Positions 39,683-50,233 of a DNA stretch of 64,000 nucleotides are shown piece by piece. The first letter of the stretch is position 1, and each line of letters begins with the position of its first letter. This DNA comes from Chloroflexota bacterium (GTDB taxonomy: Bacteria; Chloroflexota; Anaerolineae; Anaerolineales; UBA11579): assembly GCA_023485685.1 (NCBI GenBank), contig JAMCZK010000049.1:1778-65777 (forward strand). Direction: 5' to 3'. Made by a program: the position numbers and the translations under genes. The notes beneath the pieces are model-generated. The model did not search any database and had not been told where the DNA came from. It saw nothing but the letters and a program-made list of their open reading frames with translations.

Positions 39683-40158
39683 ATAACGTCGACCGCCTCA
39701 TCGTCACGGTTGAGCGGTTTTGCGCATTCATTACCGGTCTTCCCGACGCGGCTCTAGAAGAAGAGGATTGGGGACCCAGGGAAGTGCTGGCTCACCTTGT
39801 GTTCCATCATGAACTTTACGTTACTTTAGTTGAAGCAAAAATATCGGGCAAACAAGTCGGACTGTATCGAGGACGCTTCAGTGATATGAACGCTCTCGCT
39901 GTCTCGGCAAACAGAGGAGTTCTTCCAGACCAACTAGTGGAGAGATTTATTAAAGCCAATCAACGTTTAGTAGTACTCTACAAGGAACACGACCCAAGGA
40001 AAATCTGCTTCCAAATCAAAGCGGATTCTAAGCCGCGTTCGCTGGCAGCCCTAATTCCGGAAGTTGAAGCTCATATTCGCAATCATTTCGAAAAGTTGCG
40101 GAAAGAATACCGTGTCGATGTCCCCAACAAAACCAAACGTCGAGAAAAGGTGACCTGA
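39679..40158 (+). CDS. DinB-superfamily four-helix protein
   Basis: WGPREVLAHLVFHH, EAHIRNH. Confidence 0.75.
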   Translation: MNNVDRLIVTVERFCAFITGLPDAALEEEDWGPREVLAHLVFHHELYVTLVEAKISGKQVGLYRGRFSDMNALAVSANRGVLPDQLVERFIKANQRLVVLYKEHDPRKICFQIKADSKPRSLAALIPEVEAHIRNHFEKLRKEYRVDVPNKTKRREKVT

Positions 40159-40159
40159 T

Positions 40160-40405
40160 ATGCCCGCCAAAGGTTGGATCGAAGTCAACGAACTGCACTG
40201 CAAAGGCTGCGAACTCTGCGTGCAGGCTTGTCCCCAGGAAGTGATGAGCTTGGATAAAACCCGGCTGACTCCCAAGGGTTACCACCCCGTCCAATTGCAC
40301 GCCGAAGGTTGCACAGGCTGCGCCATCTGCGCGGTGGTGTGCCCAGAGGCCGCGCTGACCGTGTATCGTCAAATCGAATCGCGGCCTGTAGCTGCCGCAG
40401 CGTAG
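40160..40405 (+). CDS. 2-oxoacid:ferredoxin oxidoreductase delta subunit (2[4Fe-4S] ferredoxin)
   Basis: [12 protein letters not shown] and [12 protein letters not shown]. Confidence 0.92.
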   Translation: MPAKGWIEVNELHCKGCELCVQACPQEVMSLDKTRLTPKGYHPVQLHAEGCTGCAICAVVCPEAALTVYRQIESRPVAAAA

Positions 40406-40413
40406 GAGACAGC

Positions 40414-41538
40414 ATGGCAAAAGAACTGCTCAAAGGCAACAACGCCATTGCAGAGGCCGCTATCCGCGCCGGCGTGGAGGCATATTTTGGATACCCCATC
40501 ACGCCGCAAACCGAGCTGCTTGAACATATGGCAGCCCGCATGCCAGCCCTGGGTCGCACTTTCGTGCAAGCCGAGAGCGAGGTCGCCGCAATCAATATGG
40601 TGTACGGCGCCGCATGCACGGGCAAGCGCGTGATGACCACCTCGTCCAGCCCTGGCGTAAGCTTAATGATGGAAGGTCTTTCTTATATCGCGGGCACCGA
40701 GGTGCCCATGGTATTGGTGAACGTGATGCGCGGTGGGCCTGGCCTTGGCAACATTGCCCCTTCGCAGGCAGACTATCACCAAATGGTGCACGGTGGCGGG
40801 CACGGAGATTACCATCCCATCGTGCTGGCACCCGCCAGTGTGCAGGAGGCTATTGACATCACTGTATTAGCCTTCGACCTGGCCGAGAAATATCGCACCA
40901 TTGCCGTAGTCTTGGCAGATGGCAGCATTGGCCAGATGATGGAGCCCGCCGAGCTGCCGCCGATGGCCGAACTCAAGAAACATCTGCCACATTGGGCGGT
41001 GACCGGCGAACCAGGCCGCGCCCGCCGGTTGCTGACTTCGATTTATTTGAACCCGGATGATGAAGAGGTCACAAACATGCGACTGTTGAATCGTTGGATG
41101 AGTATTCGCGAGAATGAAGTGCGCTGGAAGGAATATTTCCTCGAGGACGCCGAATACGTCGTCGTGGGTTTCGGCACCGCAGGCCGTGTAGCGCTGAGCG
41201 CCGTGCGCGCCGCTCGCGCCGAGGGCATCAAGGTCGGCCTCTTCCGACCCATTACCCTGAGCCCCTTCCCCGAGGCGCAGCTCAAAGAAATCGCCGCAGT
41301 ATCCGAAGGGATGCTTGTTGTCGAGATGAACGCCGGACAAATGCTGGACGATGTGAAGCTGGCCACAGAGGGATTGCTTCCTGTGGAATTCTACGGGCGG
41401 CTTGGAGGTGTGGTGCCATTCCCAGATGAAATCCTGGGCGAAATAAAACGCTTAGCAGCCGGACCCATCCCTAATCAAAACGGCCACGCGCGCCAGCGCT
41501 GGCTGGAACGCCTGGCGCTAATCAAAGAGCGAGACTGA
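40414..41538 (+). CDS. 2-oxoacid:ferredoxin oxidoreductase alpha subunit (VorB-like)
   Basis: [47 protein letters not shown]. Confidence 0.93.
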   Translation: MAKELLKGNNAIAEAAIRAGVEAYFGYPITPQTELLEHMAARMPALGRTFVQAESEVAAINMVYGAACTGKRVMTTSSSPGVSLMMEGLSYIAGTEVPMVLVNVMRGGPGLGNIAPSQADYHQMVHGGGHGDYHPIVLAPASVQEAIDITVLAFDLAEKYRTIAVVLADGSIGQMMEPAELPPMAELKKHLPHWAVTGEPGRARRLLTSIYLNPDDEEVTNMRLLNRWMSIRENEVRWKEYFLEDAEYVVVGFGTAGRVALSAVRAARAEGIKVGLFRPITLSPFPEAQLKEIAAVSEGMLVVEMNAGQMLDDVKLATEGLLPVEFYGRLGGVVPFPDEILGEIKRLAAGPIPNQNGHARQRWLERLALIKERD

Positions 41539-41539
41539 C

Positions 41540-42325
41540 ATGATCAATCCATTACCTAACACCCATACTCAGGTTGTCTACCAGCGGCCCAAATCATTGA
41601 CCACCGCGGTAACCCATTACTGCCCCGGCTGCACCCATGGAGTCTCACAGCGCTTAGTGGCCGAAGTTCTGGATGAGATGGGTTTGCGCGAAAAGGCCAT
41701 CGGCGTCGCTTCGGTGGGCTGCTCGGTGTTTGCTTACAACTATTTCGACGTGGATTTCGTGGAAGCTGCCCATGGTCGCGCCCCCGCGATGGCTACCGGT
41801 ATCAAGCGCGTGTTCCCCGATCGAACCGTGTTCACATATCAAGGGGATGGGGACCTGGCCTCCATTGGGATGGCCGAAGTCATGCATGCTGCTGCTCGCG
41901 GGGAGAATATCACCATTATATTCATCAATAACGCCATCTACGGCATGACGGGTGGACAAATGGCTCCCACTACGCTGCCAGGCATGAAAACCACGTCCAG
42001 CCCCTTGGGACGGGACATCGAGATGACCGGGATGCCGATCCGCATGGCGGAGCTGCTGTCCAAGATGGATGGCTCAAGCTTCGTGGTACGCCGCAGCCTG
42101 CATGACGCTACCAATATCCGCAAGGCGAAGAAGGCGATCCGCACCGCGTTTGAGGTGCAGCAACAGGGCTTGGGCTTCTCGCTGGTTGAGCTGCTCTCCA
42201 CCTGCCCGACCAATTGGGACCTGACGCCCAATGAGGCTCTTTCCTTTGTAGAAGAAAAAATGATCCCGTATTTCGAACTTGGTGATTACAAAGTTGCCGA
42301 TGCAGTAAAAGCGTTGAAGCTCTAG
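41540..42325 (+). CDS. 2-oxoacid:ferredoxin oxidoreductase beta (TPP-binding) subunit
   Basis: YCPGC, GCS, HGRAP, GDGD...NN..YGMTGGQ, CPTNW. Confidence 0.94.
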   Translation: MINPLPNTHTQVVYQRPKSLTTAVTHYCPGCTHGVSQRLVAEVLDEMGLREKAIGVASVGCSVFAYNYFDVDFVEAAHGRAPAMATGIKRVFPDRTVFTYQGDGDLASIGMAEVMHAAARGENITIIFINNAIYGMTGGQMAPTTLPGMKTTSSPLGRDIEMTGMPIRMAELLSKMDGSSFVVRRSLHDATNIRKAKKAIRTAFEVQQQGLGFSLVELLSTCPTNWDLTPNEALSFVEEKMIPYFELGDYKVADAVKALKL

Positions 42326-42333
42326 GAGGCAGA

Positions 42334-42894
42334 GTGCAAACCGAAATCGTTATTGCTGGATTTGGCGGCCAGGGCGTTCTCTTTGCCGGGCAAGTATTGG
42401 CTTACGCCGCCATGGACAGCGGCAAGCACGTCACATGGTTTCCCTCCTACGGACCGGAGATGCGTGGCGGCACAGCGAACTGTACGGTCATTGTGGCCGA
42501 TGAAGACATTGGCTCGCTCACAGTGCGGAACCCGCAGGCCGTCATCTGCCTTAACCTGCCCTCGCTGGATAAATACGAGCCGCTGGTCGTTAAAGGCGGC
42601 GTGTTGGTGTTGAACCGCTCGCTAATCAACCGGTCGGCAAATCGCACCGACTTGCGCGTGGTGGAAGCGCCTGCCAACGAGCTGGCCGAGGAACTGGGGG
42701 ACAAACGCCTGGTGAATGCGGTGATGTTAGGTGCGTTGGTTGAGGCTACCGGAGTGCTAACCATGGCAGCCATCCAGAAGGCGCTAAAAGATCATCTACC
42801 TGCGAAGCACCACGATTTGCTTCCTGCGAATTTCACCGCGCTGGAAAAGGGCGCGGAAGCCGCTCGCCGCACTCTGGCGGCGCAGTCGGCCTAA
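42334..42894 (+). CDS. 2-oxoacid:ferredoxin oxidoreductase gamma subunit
   Basis: AGFGGQG, SYGPEMRGG, NAVMLGA. Confidence 0.94.
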   Translation: MQTEIVIAGFGGQGVLFAGQVLAYAAMDSGKHVTWFPSYGPEMRGGTANCTVIVADEDIGSLTVRNPQAVICLNLPSLDKYEPLVVKGGVLVLNRSLINRSANRTDLRVVEAPANELAEELGDKRLVNAVMLGALVEATGVLTMAAIQKALKDHLPAKHHDLLPANFTALEKGAEAARRTLAAQSA

Positions 42895-42980
42895 ACCCAC
42901 GGGTTCTGAGTTATGGAAACAGTAATGGGGGCTTCCTTATGCTAACTCGGTGAGGAGGTAGGGAGATACAACCTACAACA

Positions 42981-43868
42981 ATGAACTCTCTGCAGATCCT
43001 TGCCTGGGGCGGTACTTTATTGTTTTCCATTCTGCCAAACGTCCTATTCCAGGAAATCACGGGCAACGTGCCCGAATGGTTGTTTGGCGCCAAGCTGGCG
43101 ATCCTGGCTGTCTTTTTATTGCTCAGTTTGTTTTGGGGGCCTGCAAGAAAGCTGCAACGATATTTTTTGGTCTTCCTGGCTATCTTACTCACCGCGCGCG
43201 GGTGGCAGGCGGTTGCCGAATCTACACAATGGCGGACCTGGTTCCCAAGCGATGGCACAGGATTCCTTTTTCAAATGTTCAGCATCCAGTTAGGGCGGTT
43301 GGCAATAGCCTTCTCGATGATTGCCGCACTGTTCCTCATCGGATTCCGCCGCAAGGAATTCTTCCTCGATTTCGGCGACCTGTATGCGCCCGCTTCACCC
43401 TTGCCATTGGTGGGGGTGAACAAGCCCACCAACTGGCGTTCGCTTGGCCTGCGGCTTAGCGCGTACATTTTCTTCGCCATTCTCATTACCCTGCTTTGGT
43501 CCTTCGGCGGCAGCCTAAAGATAGATATCCTGGCAACCGCGCTTCCAGCCCTTCCTATGGTCCTGCTATTGGCGGGGATGAATTCCTTAAGCGACGAAAT
43601 AACTTATCGGGCGGCACTTCTAGCGCCCACCCACCGGATTCTTGGCGCCGGTCAGGCTGTGTGGCTGGCGGCCATCTTCTTTGGCATCGGTCATTACTAC
43701 GACTATGGAATCATCGGTGCGTTAATTACCAGCCTCTTTGGCTGGATCCTTGGGTGCAGTATGGTGGAAACAAAAGGTTTGTTTTGGCCCTGGTTCCTCC
43801 ATTTCGTGGCCGCCCTGGTCATCTTTAGCTTCATGGCGGTGGGGGCCCTGCAAATAAGAGGGGTTTGA
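42981..43868 (+). CDS. CPBP (Abi/CAAX type II) intramembrane metalloprotease
   Basis: DEITYRA (EExxxR variant), FFGIGH, WFLHF; multi-TM. Confidence 0.82.
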   Translation: MNSLQILAWGGTLLFSILPNVLFQEITGNVPEWLFGAKLAILAVFLLLSLFWGPARKLQRYFLVFLAILLTARGWQAVAESTQWRTWFPSDGTGFLFQMFSIQLGRLAIAFSMIAALFLIGFRRKEFFLDFGDLYAPASPLPLVGVNKPTNWRSLGLRLSAYIFFAILITLLWSFGGSLKIDILATALPALPMVLLLAGMNSLSDEITYRAALLAPTHRILGAGQAVWLAAIFFGIGHYYDYGIIGALITSLFGWILGCSMVETKGLFWPWFLHFVAALVIFSFMAVGALQIRGV

Positions 43869-43933
43869 TCACTAATAGCGCTCTCTGCAGAACGTAAAAA
43901 GGCCTAGGGGATTGAAGAATTGGAGGAGCTGGC

Positions 43934-44374
43934 CTAGATTTTTTGCCCTGCAATCCAACGGTCCAGGTCGCGCAAGAATAGATTGATGCTGGAGGGTGGT
44001 AAATCCATCACTTCCGCGTTGTTCTGCACCAGGAACACGTGCACGTTCATGTCCTCGAAGAGGATCGAATTCGAATATTTCTTGAGCGCCCGCCGGTAAG
44101 AAGGATTTTGCCCAGCGGCCGCTGACCCAAAGGCGATGCCAAGGCCCAAGCGCAAACTGGTCTCAGTCGCTTGGTGCGCGTCGACTATTTTCTGCATGGC
44201 AGCCTCGAAAGCGCCCAGGTAGGCCATTCCTTCTTCGCGGTCCGGGCAAAGAGCGAAGCCCCAGCGCTCAGTGTCCTTAATCAACACCAAATCGAGGCCG
44301 TCAGATTCTATTTCGGTAAAACCGTCCGCCTGGAAGTGTTTGGACAGTGCACTACGCAGTTCAGAAATATCCAT
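43934..44374 (-). CDS. Hypothetical protein, possibly restriction-endonuclease-like fold
   Basis: Clean 146-aa ORF with TATAAT 5 nt before ATG; DLVLIKDTERW resembles a degenerate PD-(D/E)xK core (weak). Confidence 0.6.
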   Translation of the reverse strand: MDISELRSALSKHFQADGFTEIESDGLDLVLIKDTERWGFALCPDREEGMAYLGAFEAAMQKIVDAHQATETSLRLGLGIAFGSAAAGQNPSYRRALKKYSNSILFEDMNVHVFLVQNNAEVMDLPPSSINLFLRDLDRWIAGQKI

Positions 44375-44477
44375 TTGTCATTATAGCTAGCGACATCCTT
44401 ATTATCCTTGAGGTAATCGGCTACATGGGAAATGGTTCTCTAGCTCCGTATGCCGGACCCTCACCTGAGCGGATCTG

Positions 44478-44615
44478 ATGACCTCTTTCTCTTTGGCGCG
44501 CTTCAAACCGCATAAAGCATCTCGACCGCAGCGCAGTGCGCTGCGGATTTGCCTGCTGCTGATCGCGCCATGGTTCATCGGCTTATTTGTTCTTCAAGCT
44601 CCTGTTCTAGGTTAA
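44478..44615 (+). pseudogene. Possible remnant of a sugar ABC permease N-terminus
   Basis: LLLIAPWFIGL followed by out-of-frame LFFKLL; truncated. Confidence 0.3.
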
Positions 44616-44772
44616 GAGGAGGATGTGACGAATGCATTGAACTATCGCAAGGATCCCACAGAATGGTAACCGTTCGTTAGTCTGATTGTCCTTAGGGAAA
44701 TGGGACATCTGCCCGTACCAAGGTCCGATGTCGTGATTTAGCATGGGGTCATATGAGGAGAAGTAAAAAATC

Positions 44773-45246
44773 ATGGCAACAACGACAAAGAAAAAAGATA
44801 GCCTCAACGGACTGGAACGCTGGCTCCAGGTGGTCTTCATTACTTTTGCGATGCTGGTGGTATTTTGGTTCTTTAGCGCACACGAACAAAGTCACACGGG
44901 ATTCTTCACTAACGAGTTCGGCATACCTGAAAGGCTAGCACTGTACGGGCCAATCTTTCTGTCGATGATTCCGCCGGTAGTCAGAGCTTCTGTAGGTAGC
45001 CGGAATGCGGGACGACCCTGGGAGGCAATCGCGAATATCGGTCTTGCAATTGGCTCACTGTGGCTATTTTTTGTGTTCCCGTTCAACTTCGCCCATCTCG
45101 CCGACGTGCTGCCTGCGTTTATGCAGATCATCTTCTCTTGGATCAGTGACGGGGTTGCCCGCATTGTGTTGCTCTTGCAGATCTTGATTGCAATACTGAC
45201 GGCTGGGGGAGCGATGTGGAAGTACGCTTCTTTCGTGCGCGAATAA
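44773..45246 (+). CDS. Membrane protein of unknown function
   Basis: GAGGAG SD, about 4 TM, terminator at about 45262-45289. Confidence 0.75.
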   Translation: MATTTKKKDSLNGLERWLQVVFITFAMLVVFWFFSAHEQSHTGFFTNEFGIPERLALYGPIFLSMIPPVVRASVGSRNAGRPWEAIANIGLAIGSLWLFFVFPFNFAHLADVLPAFMQIIFSWISDGVARIVLLLQILIAILTAGGAMWKYASFVRE

Positions 45247-45320
45247 AGGAATACCATGACCAAAAAGACGGCGCGTTAGCGCCGTTTTTGCTTCTCCTGC
45301 ACCCCCTCCGTTGCTCACAG

Positions 45321-48300
45321 CTATCTCCTCTCCACGCTTAGCACTAACATTTGCCCACCCACCTTCTGCTCCTCGTTGAACGCGCCTTCGGGTGCCGCGC
45401 CCGCAGTGAGCTGCTCGCTGAGCGTCTCGGCCTTGATGTAATCGGCCCAGGCGCTGAAAACGGCTGCCAGCTCAACGTCGGCCTGGTAATAGGTGTTGAT
45501 GCGATCTTCAATGTTGAAGTTTGCTTTCTTGCGCAGGTCCTGGATGCGGCGCACGATCTCCCTAGCCATGCCTTCGGCTTTGAGCTCCGGAGTGATGGCG
45601 GTGTCCAGTCCTACGGTCACGCCCTTCTCGGCGGCCACAGCTAGGCCAGCGGCCGGATGGCTGGTGACCTTGAGATCCATGGCAGTTAACTCCACGGTCT
45701 CTTTGCCTATGTTTACGCTAACCACTTCGCCGGAATCCAGGGTCGCTTTGGCCTGGGCCGCGTCCAGCTCCTCGATAACTTTGCGCAAGTTGGGGAAATC
45801 CTGCCCAAATTGTGGGCCCAGCCTGGCATTATTCGGTTGAAGGTTGAATGTTACAAGTTCACCGGCTTGCGCGACGAATTCCAGTTCTTTGACATTGAGC
45901 TCATCTTTGATGATATCGGTCAAGAAGTCTGGAAGCCTCGATGTCTCCGAGGAATGAACCAATACTTTCGCCAGCGGCTGGCGTACCTTGAGGTTGGCGT
46001 TGCCGCGGGCGCCGAGGCCCAGGCTGGCGATTTGCCGTGCCAGTCCCATCTCAGCGACCAAAGCCTCGTCGACGGCTTTGGTATCTGCTTTCGGCCACAA
46101 GGCGTGATGCACGCTGCTGTATGCCCGATCGAACTGCCCGGCAACCAAATTCTGGTAGACCTCTTCGGCGACGAAGGGAGTCAACGGCGCCAAAATGCGC
46201 ACCAGTTTCACCAGCACGTGATACAGCGTGTTATAAGCCAACTTCTTGTCGGCATCCTGCTCGCTGCGCCAGAAGCGGCGTCGGCTGCGGCGCACGTACC
46301 AGTTAGTGAGATCATCGATCAACGCTTCGATAGCCAGCGTCACCGAGAACGCATCCCAATCATCTAGTCCTTTGGTTGCCTGGTCCATCGTTTGATTGAG
46401 GCGCGCAAGGATCCATTTATCCAGAGGGTTGTCCGATTTCGGCGTTGCCCCTTCAGGATGATTCGGGTCAAATCCTGTCGCATCCGGCGCCCATCCATCC
46501 AGGCGGGCGTAGGTGGCAAAGAAACTATACACATTCCATAAAGGGATGAGGAAGCGGCGGCGCACGTCGTCGGCGCGGTGGTACCCGAAGAGCAGATTGT
46601 TCTCGGGCTTCTGCGCGCAATACATCCAGCGCATCACGTCCACGCCCATGCGGTCCGCGGCTTCGTTGAACTCGATGGCATTGCCGGTACTCTTGTGCAT
46701 CGGGCGGCCCTGCTCATCCAGCAGAGTCGAGTAACTGAATAAGTTTTTGAACGGGGCAGTCTCCGCCACTACAGTGCCCATGGCCAACAAGCTGTAGAAC
46801 CAGTTGCGGAATTGGCCGGGGAAACTTTCGCTGATCCAATCGGCGGGGAACCATTTTTGCCAATAGGCGGGATCCTGGCGATAGCTCAGTGTACTGAACG
46901 GCACGATGCCCGCGTCCAGCCAGGGATTACCTACGTCCGGGATGCGACTCATCGTCCCGCCGCAATGATCGCACTTGAGCTTGACCGCATCGATGTACGG
47001 GCGATGGGGCGTGTGGCCTGCGAAGGTTTCCCAACCGGCAACAGCTCGCTCTTTTAATTCCAACTCGTCGCCGATCACGGTGTGTTGTTTGCATTCCTCG
47101 CAGACCCAAATGGGCAGTGCCAGCCCCCAGTAGCGCTTCTTGCTGATCATCCAATCATGCATATTGCGCAGCCAATCCATCTCGCGGGCGTAACCGAATT
47201 CAGGCACCCAGCGAATCTGGTCGACCACATCCATGATCTGGTAACGCAGGCTGGCATCCTTCTCCGCTTTAGTCAATTCTTCGCGTGGCTTATCGTAAGT
47301 GGCGCCCATGCTGATGAACCATTCGTCCACCACGCGCCAAACCAGCTCGGTCTTGCAGCGCCAGCAAGTAGGGTAGCGGTGTGTGTAATCCGAAAGGGCA
47401 TAGAGCAAACCTTTGCGCTCCAGTTCTTTCAGAATTGGCTCGCGGGCTTCGTTGGTATCTTTGCCCGCCAGCCAATCGGCAACGCCAGGCGCGAAGCGCC
47501 CTTCCTCGTCGATGCCGACCAGCACTGGCAGCTTGAGTTCGCGGCCAAGCCGGTAGTCGTCGGCGCCGGCGCCCGGCGCGATGTGCACGATGCCGGTGCC
47601 TTCTTCCTCGCCTACTCCATCCCAGAGGATAACGCGGTGCGCTTGCACGGCGGATTGCGTGATCCCTTGCCTGACTTCATCCACTTCAACAAAGCCGCCC
47701 ACGGCATGCGCAATGGCCAGATCATCGAAGGGGCCATCGTAGGTCCAGCCCTCCATCTCGCGACCGGGCAACTCGCCGAGCAATTCGTACTCGCCCTTCA
47801 ACATGTGCAGCGTTCCCTTGGAGAGGTAATAGATCTGGTTACCTTGACGAACTTTGGCATAAGTGAGATTGGGGCCGACAGCCGCGGCCACGTTGCTGGG
47901 CAGCGTCCAGGGAGTGGTGGTCCAAATCAGCAGGCTCTCATTCGGCCGCTCGCGCAGCGGAAAACGCAGCGTCACTGTGCGATGCGTGACTTCTTTGTAG
48001 CCATCCGATTCGATCTCGTGCTGGCTGATGCCGGTGGCGCAGCGTGGGCACCAAGGCATCGAGTCGGCGCCGCGGTACAGCCAGCCCTTTTCCCAGCATT
48101 TCTTGAGGAAGGCCCAGATCATGTAGTTGTTCTCGTCGCTGAAAGTGAAATAACTGCCGCCCAATTCGGGCAGGCCGAGGCGGCCGGCAATCTGCTCGGC
48201 GGTTCCCTCGGAGCCGCCCGCCGGGCCTTCGTACTCGATCACCTTCTGCGAGTCGGCCGCCAACTGCTCGCCGAGCCAGCGCAATTTGTCCGGATCATCC

Positions 48301-48734
48301 CATTCCATCCAGTAGCCAAGACGGATGGATTGCTCGGTTTGCACCGCGGCGTAGCGCAGCACGCGCTCTTTGCAGCGCAGCACGAATTTATCCAGGCCGT
48401 AGGCTTCGATGTCGCGCTTGCTTTTGAACTTGAGTTCCTTTTCGACCTCGACCTCGACCCACAGGCCCTGGCAATCGAAGCCCTGCTGGTAGCGCAGTTG
48501 GTGGCCCTTCATGGCGTGGTAGCGGTTGTAAACGTCCTTGTAGGTGCGCCCCCAGCCGTGATGCACTCCCATTGGATTATTGGCGGTGATAGGGCCGTCG
48601 ACGAAAGACCACTTGGGCGCGCCCTTGCGCAATTGGCGCAATTTGTCCAGCGCCTTGGTTTCCTTCCAGAATTTGAGGATGGCGTATTCCTGCGCCACGA
48701 AATCTACTTTGTTGGGCACCTCTTTAAACGTCAC
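45321..48734 (-). CDS. ileS: Isoleucine-tRNA ligase, type 2, with GVHH and PMHKS motif variants
   Basis: DGPITANNPMGVHH, GFDCQGL, WTTTPWTL, GTGIVHIAP, DWMISKKRYWG, NWYVRRSRRRFW; upstream Ile T-box. Confidence 0.95.
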   Translation of the reverse strand: MTFKEVPNKVDFVAQEYAILKFWKETKALDKLRQLRKGAPKWSFVDGPITANNPMGVHHGWGRTYKDVYNRYHAMKGHQLRYQQGFDCQGLWVEVEVEKELKFKSKRDIEAYGLDKFVLRCKERVLRYAAVQTEQSIRLGYWMEWDDPDKLRWLGEQLAADSQKVIEYEGPAGGSEGTAEQIAGRLGLPELGGSYFTFSDENNYMIWAFLKKCWEKGWLYRGADSMPWCPRCATGISQHEIESDGYKEVTHRTVTLRFPLRERPNESLLIWTTTPWTLPSNVAAAVGPNLTYAKVRQGNQIYYLSKGTLHMLKGEYELLGELPGREMEGWTYDGPFDDLAIAHAVGGFVEVDEVRQGITQSAVQAHRVILWDGVGEEEGTGIVHIAPGAGADDYRLGRELKLPVLVGIDEEGRFAPGVADWLAGKDTNEAREPILKELERKGLLYALSDYTHRYPTCWRCKTELVWRVVDEWFISMGATYDKPREELTKAEKDASLRYQIMDVVDQIRWVPEFGYAREMDWLRNMHDWMISKKRYWGLALPIWVCEECKQHTVIGDELELKERAVAGWETFAGHTPHRPYIDAVKLKCDHCGGTMSRIPDVGNPWLDAGIVPFSTLSYRQDPAYWQKWFPADWISESFPGQFRNWFYSLLAMGTVVAETAPFKNLFSYSTLLDEQGRPMHKSTGNAIEFNEAADRMGVDVMRWMYCAQKPENNLLFGYHRADDVRRRFLIPLWNVYSFFATYARLDGWAPDATGFDPNHPEGATPKSDNPLDKWILARLNQTMDQATKGLDDWDAFSVTLAIEALIDDLTNWYVRRSRRRFWRSEQDADKKLAYNTLYHVLVKLVRILAPLTPFVAEEVYQNLVAGQFDRAYSSVHHALWPKADTKAVDEALVAEMGLARQIASLGLGARGNANLKVRQPLAKVLVHSSETSRLPDFLTDIIKDELNVKELEFVAQAGELVTFNLQPNNARLGPQFGQDFPNLRKVIEELDAAQAKATLDSGEVVSVNIGKETVELTAMDLKVTSHPAAGLAVAAEKGVTVGLDTAITPELKAEGMAREIVRRIQDLRKKANFNIEDRINTYYQADVELAAVFSAWADYIKAETLSEQLTAGAAPEGAFNEEQKVGGQMLVLSVERR

Positions 48735-48746
48735 TTATCCTCCAGG

Positions 48747-48809
48747 ATTTAATCCGTTAATCAGTTAATCGGTTAATCAGATTCTGATTAACGGATTAAC
48801 CGATTAATT
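48747..48809. repeat. Second palindromic 8-bp GATTAAC array
   Basis: atttaatc cgttaatc agttaatc ggttaatc agattct gattaacg gattaacc gattaatt. Confidence 0.85.
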
Positions 48810-48819
48810 GATTTATTAA

Positions 48820-49145
48820 ACGAAAAACCCTCGTCTGCGATGTTCTTCATCGCACGGGACGAAGGTTCGTAACCTCCGCGGTACCACCCGGGTTCTCGCC
48901 TGTCAAAGCGCAAGCACTCATCGGCTGCCATCACAGCCCCGCCCCGTTAACGGGGACGAACCCGGCATCACTTACTAAGTTTCTGGAGAACGGCGGTTTG
49001 CCGTTCTCCTGCGATGGCGAAGCCATCGCACCGTTCGGCTTGCGGCTCAAGAGGGATTTTCGGTTCGCTTGGCTCGCCCGGCTTCCATCGTCCCGGGCTT
49101 GCTGGAGAGTGCAGCCAACCTACTCGTCTCTGTCAACGCCTTTGA
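48820..49145 (-). promoter_or_regulatory. T-box riboswitch (Ile)
   Basis: Specifier loop GAAAATCCCTC with ATC at 49057-49055; T-box GGGTGGTACCGCG near 48877-48889; terminator ending GACGAGGGTTTTTT. Confidence 0.92.
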
Positions 49146-49275
49146 GACGAGATTATGCCACATAGCCCAAGACCTAGTCAACAAAACTGTAAAGGCGGTT
49201 TAGTACCAAAGTATGTACCATCTGCATGTCGCCAGAATCTATACTTTCACAAAGAAGAAGATTAGGAGGCAGTTC

Positions 49276-50181
49276 ATGAAGAAAGCAACCTGGGGTTTGG
49301 GGATTGCATTGGTTTTGGCTTTGGTATCAGTTTTCCCGGCATTCGCCGAAGCTGTAACCGTATCAGGCACCATCACATCGATCGACGAAGTCGGTGGCAC
49401 TTTCACGCTAACCTTGGCGGACGCAACAGTCTACGTTGTTACCCCTCCCGCGGGTTTCGACTGGACCAGCATCGCACTTGGCGATGCGGTTGACGTCGCT
49501 GGCGACAGCGATGGCGCCGGCAATCTGGCTGCCACCAGCGTGGCGCCAGCGGTTGTCGTAAGCACAGTCACCGGAGTCGTCCAATCCGTCGATGCCGCAA
49601 CCTGCTCCTTTACCATCCTTACTTCGGAAGGCACGACCCTGACCGTGACGCTGCCCGAGGGCAGCGATTGCAGCGGGCTGGCCGTGGGCGACACGGTGGA
49701 AGTCACCGGAACGCTTAGTGATGATGGAAGCTTTGCAGCCAGCGGCGTGGTCCTCGTCCCCGCCGACGACGATGGCGATGAGCAGACCAACTTTGGCTTT
49801 TACTGCTCCAATCCCGAAGTGCCCCACCCCGCGTTGAATACCGTGGCTGCTGCTCACGAAGCTGATTACGCCACAGCGTTGGGTTGGTTCTGTAACGGCG
49901 GCGTGGGTGTTGGCGGCGTGGATAAAGTGCTGGACCTGAGCGAAGAGACTGGCAAAACCCCCGAAGAGATTTTGGAAATGCGCAAGGGCATGGGTTGGGG
50001 CAAGATCAAGAAGACACTGGCCGAACAAGCTGCGACCGAAGAGGCTAGCGGCGATGAAATCGGCACCGAATCCCTGGACAACAGCGATGACAAACCGGGC
50101 GGACCACCCCCGTGGGCCAATGGCGGTAACGGTAATGGAAACGGCAATGGGAACGGAAAGGGGCACGGAAAAAATAAGTAA
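49276..50181 (+). CDS. Secreted protein with OB-fold-like (DUF5666-type) repeats and GN-rich tail
   Basis: Signal peptide ..PAFA; two GxIxSxD...LAVGDTVEVTG repeats; GMGWGKI; PPPWA-(NG)n. Confidence 0.75.
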   Translation: MKKATWGLGIALVLALVSVFPAFAEAVTVSGTITSIDEVGGTFTLTLADATVYVVTPPAGFDWTSIALGDAVDVAGDSDGAGNLAATSVAPAVVVSTVTGVVQSVDAATCSFTILTSEGTTLTVTLPEGSDCSGLAVGDTVEVTGTLSDDGSFAASGVVLVPADDDGDEQTNFGFYCSNPEVPHPALNTVAAAHEADYATALGWFCNGGVGVGGVDKVLDLSEETGKTPEEILEMRKGMGWGKIKKTLAEQAATEEASGDEIGTESLDNSDDKPGGPPPWANGGNGNGNGNGNGKGHGKNK

Positions 50182-50198
50182 TTGATTTTCTCGAAAGC

Positions 50199-50233
50199 AA
50201 AAAAAGATCCTCTCGAACGAGAGGATCTTTTTT
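50199..50233 (+). terminator. Intrinsic terminator
   Basis: aaaaaagatcctctcg-aa-cgagaggatctttttt. Confidence 0.85.

Noticed and set aside
47082..48752. 556-aa ORF on the + strand
   Set aside because: Antisense shadow of ileS caused by codon bias; no SD or recognisable motifs.
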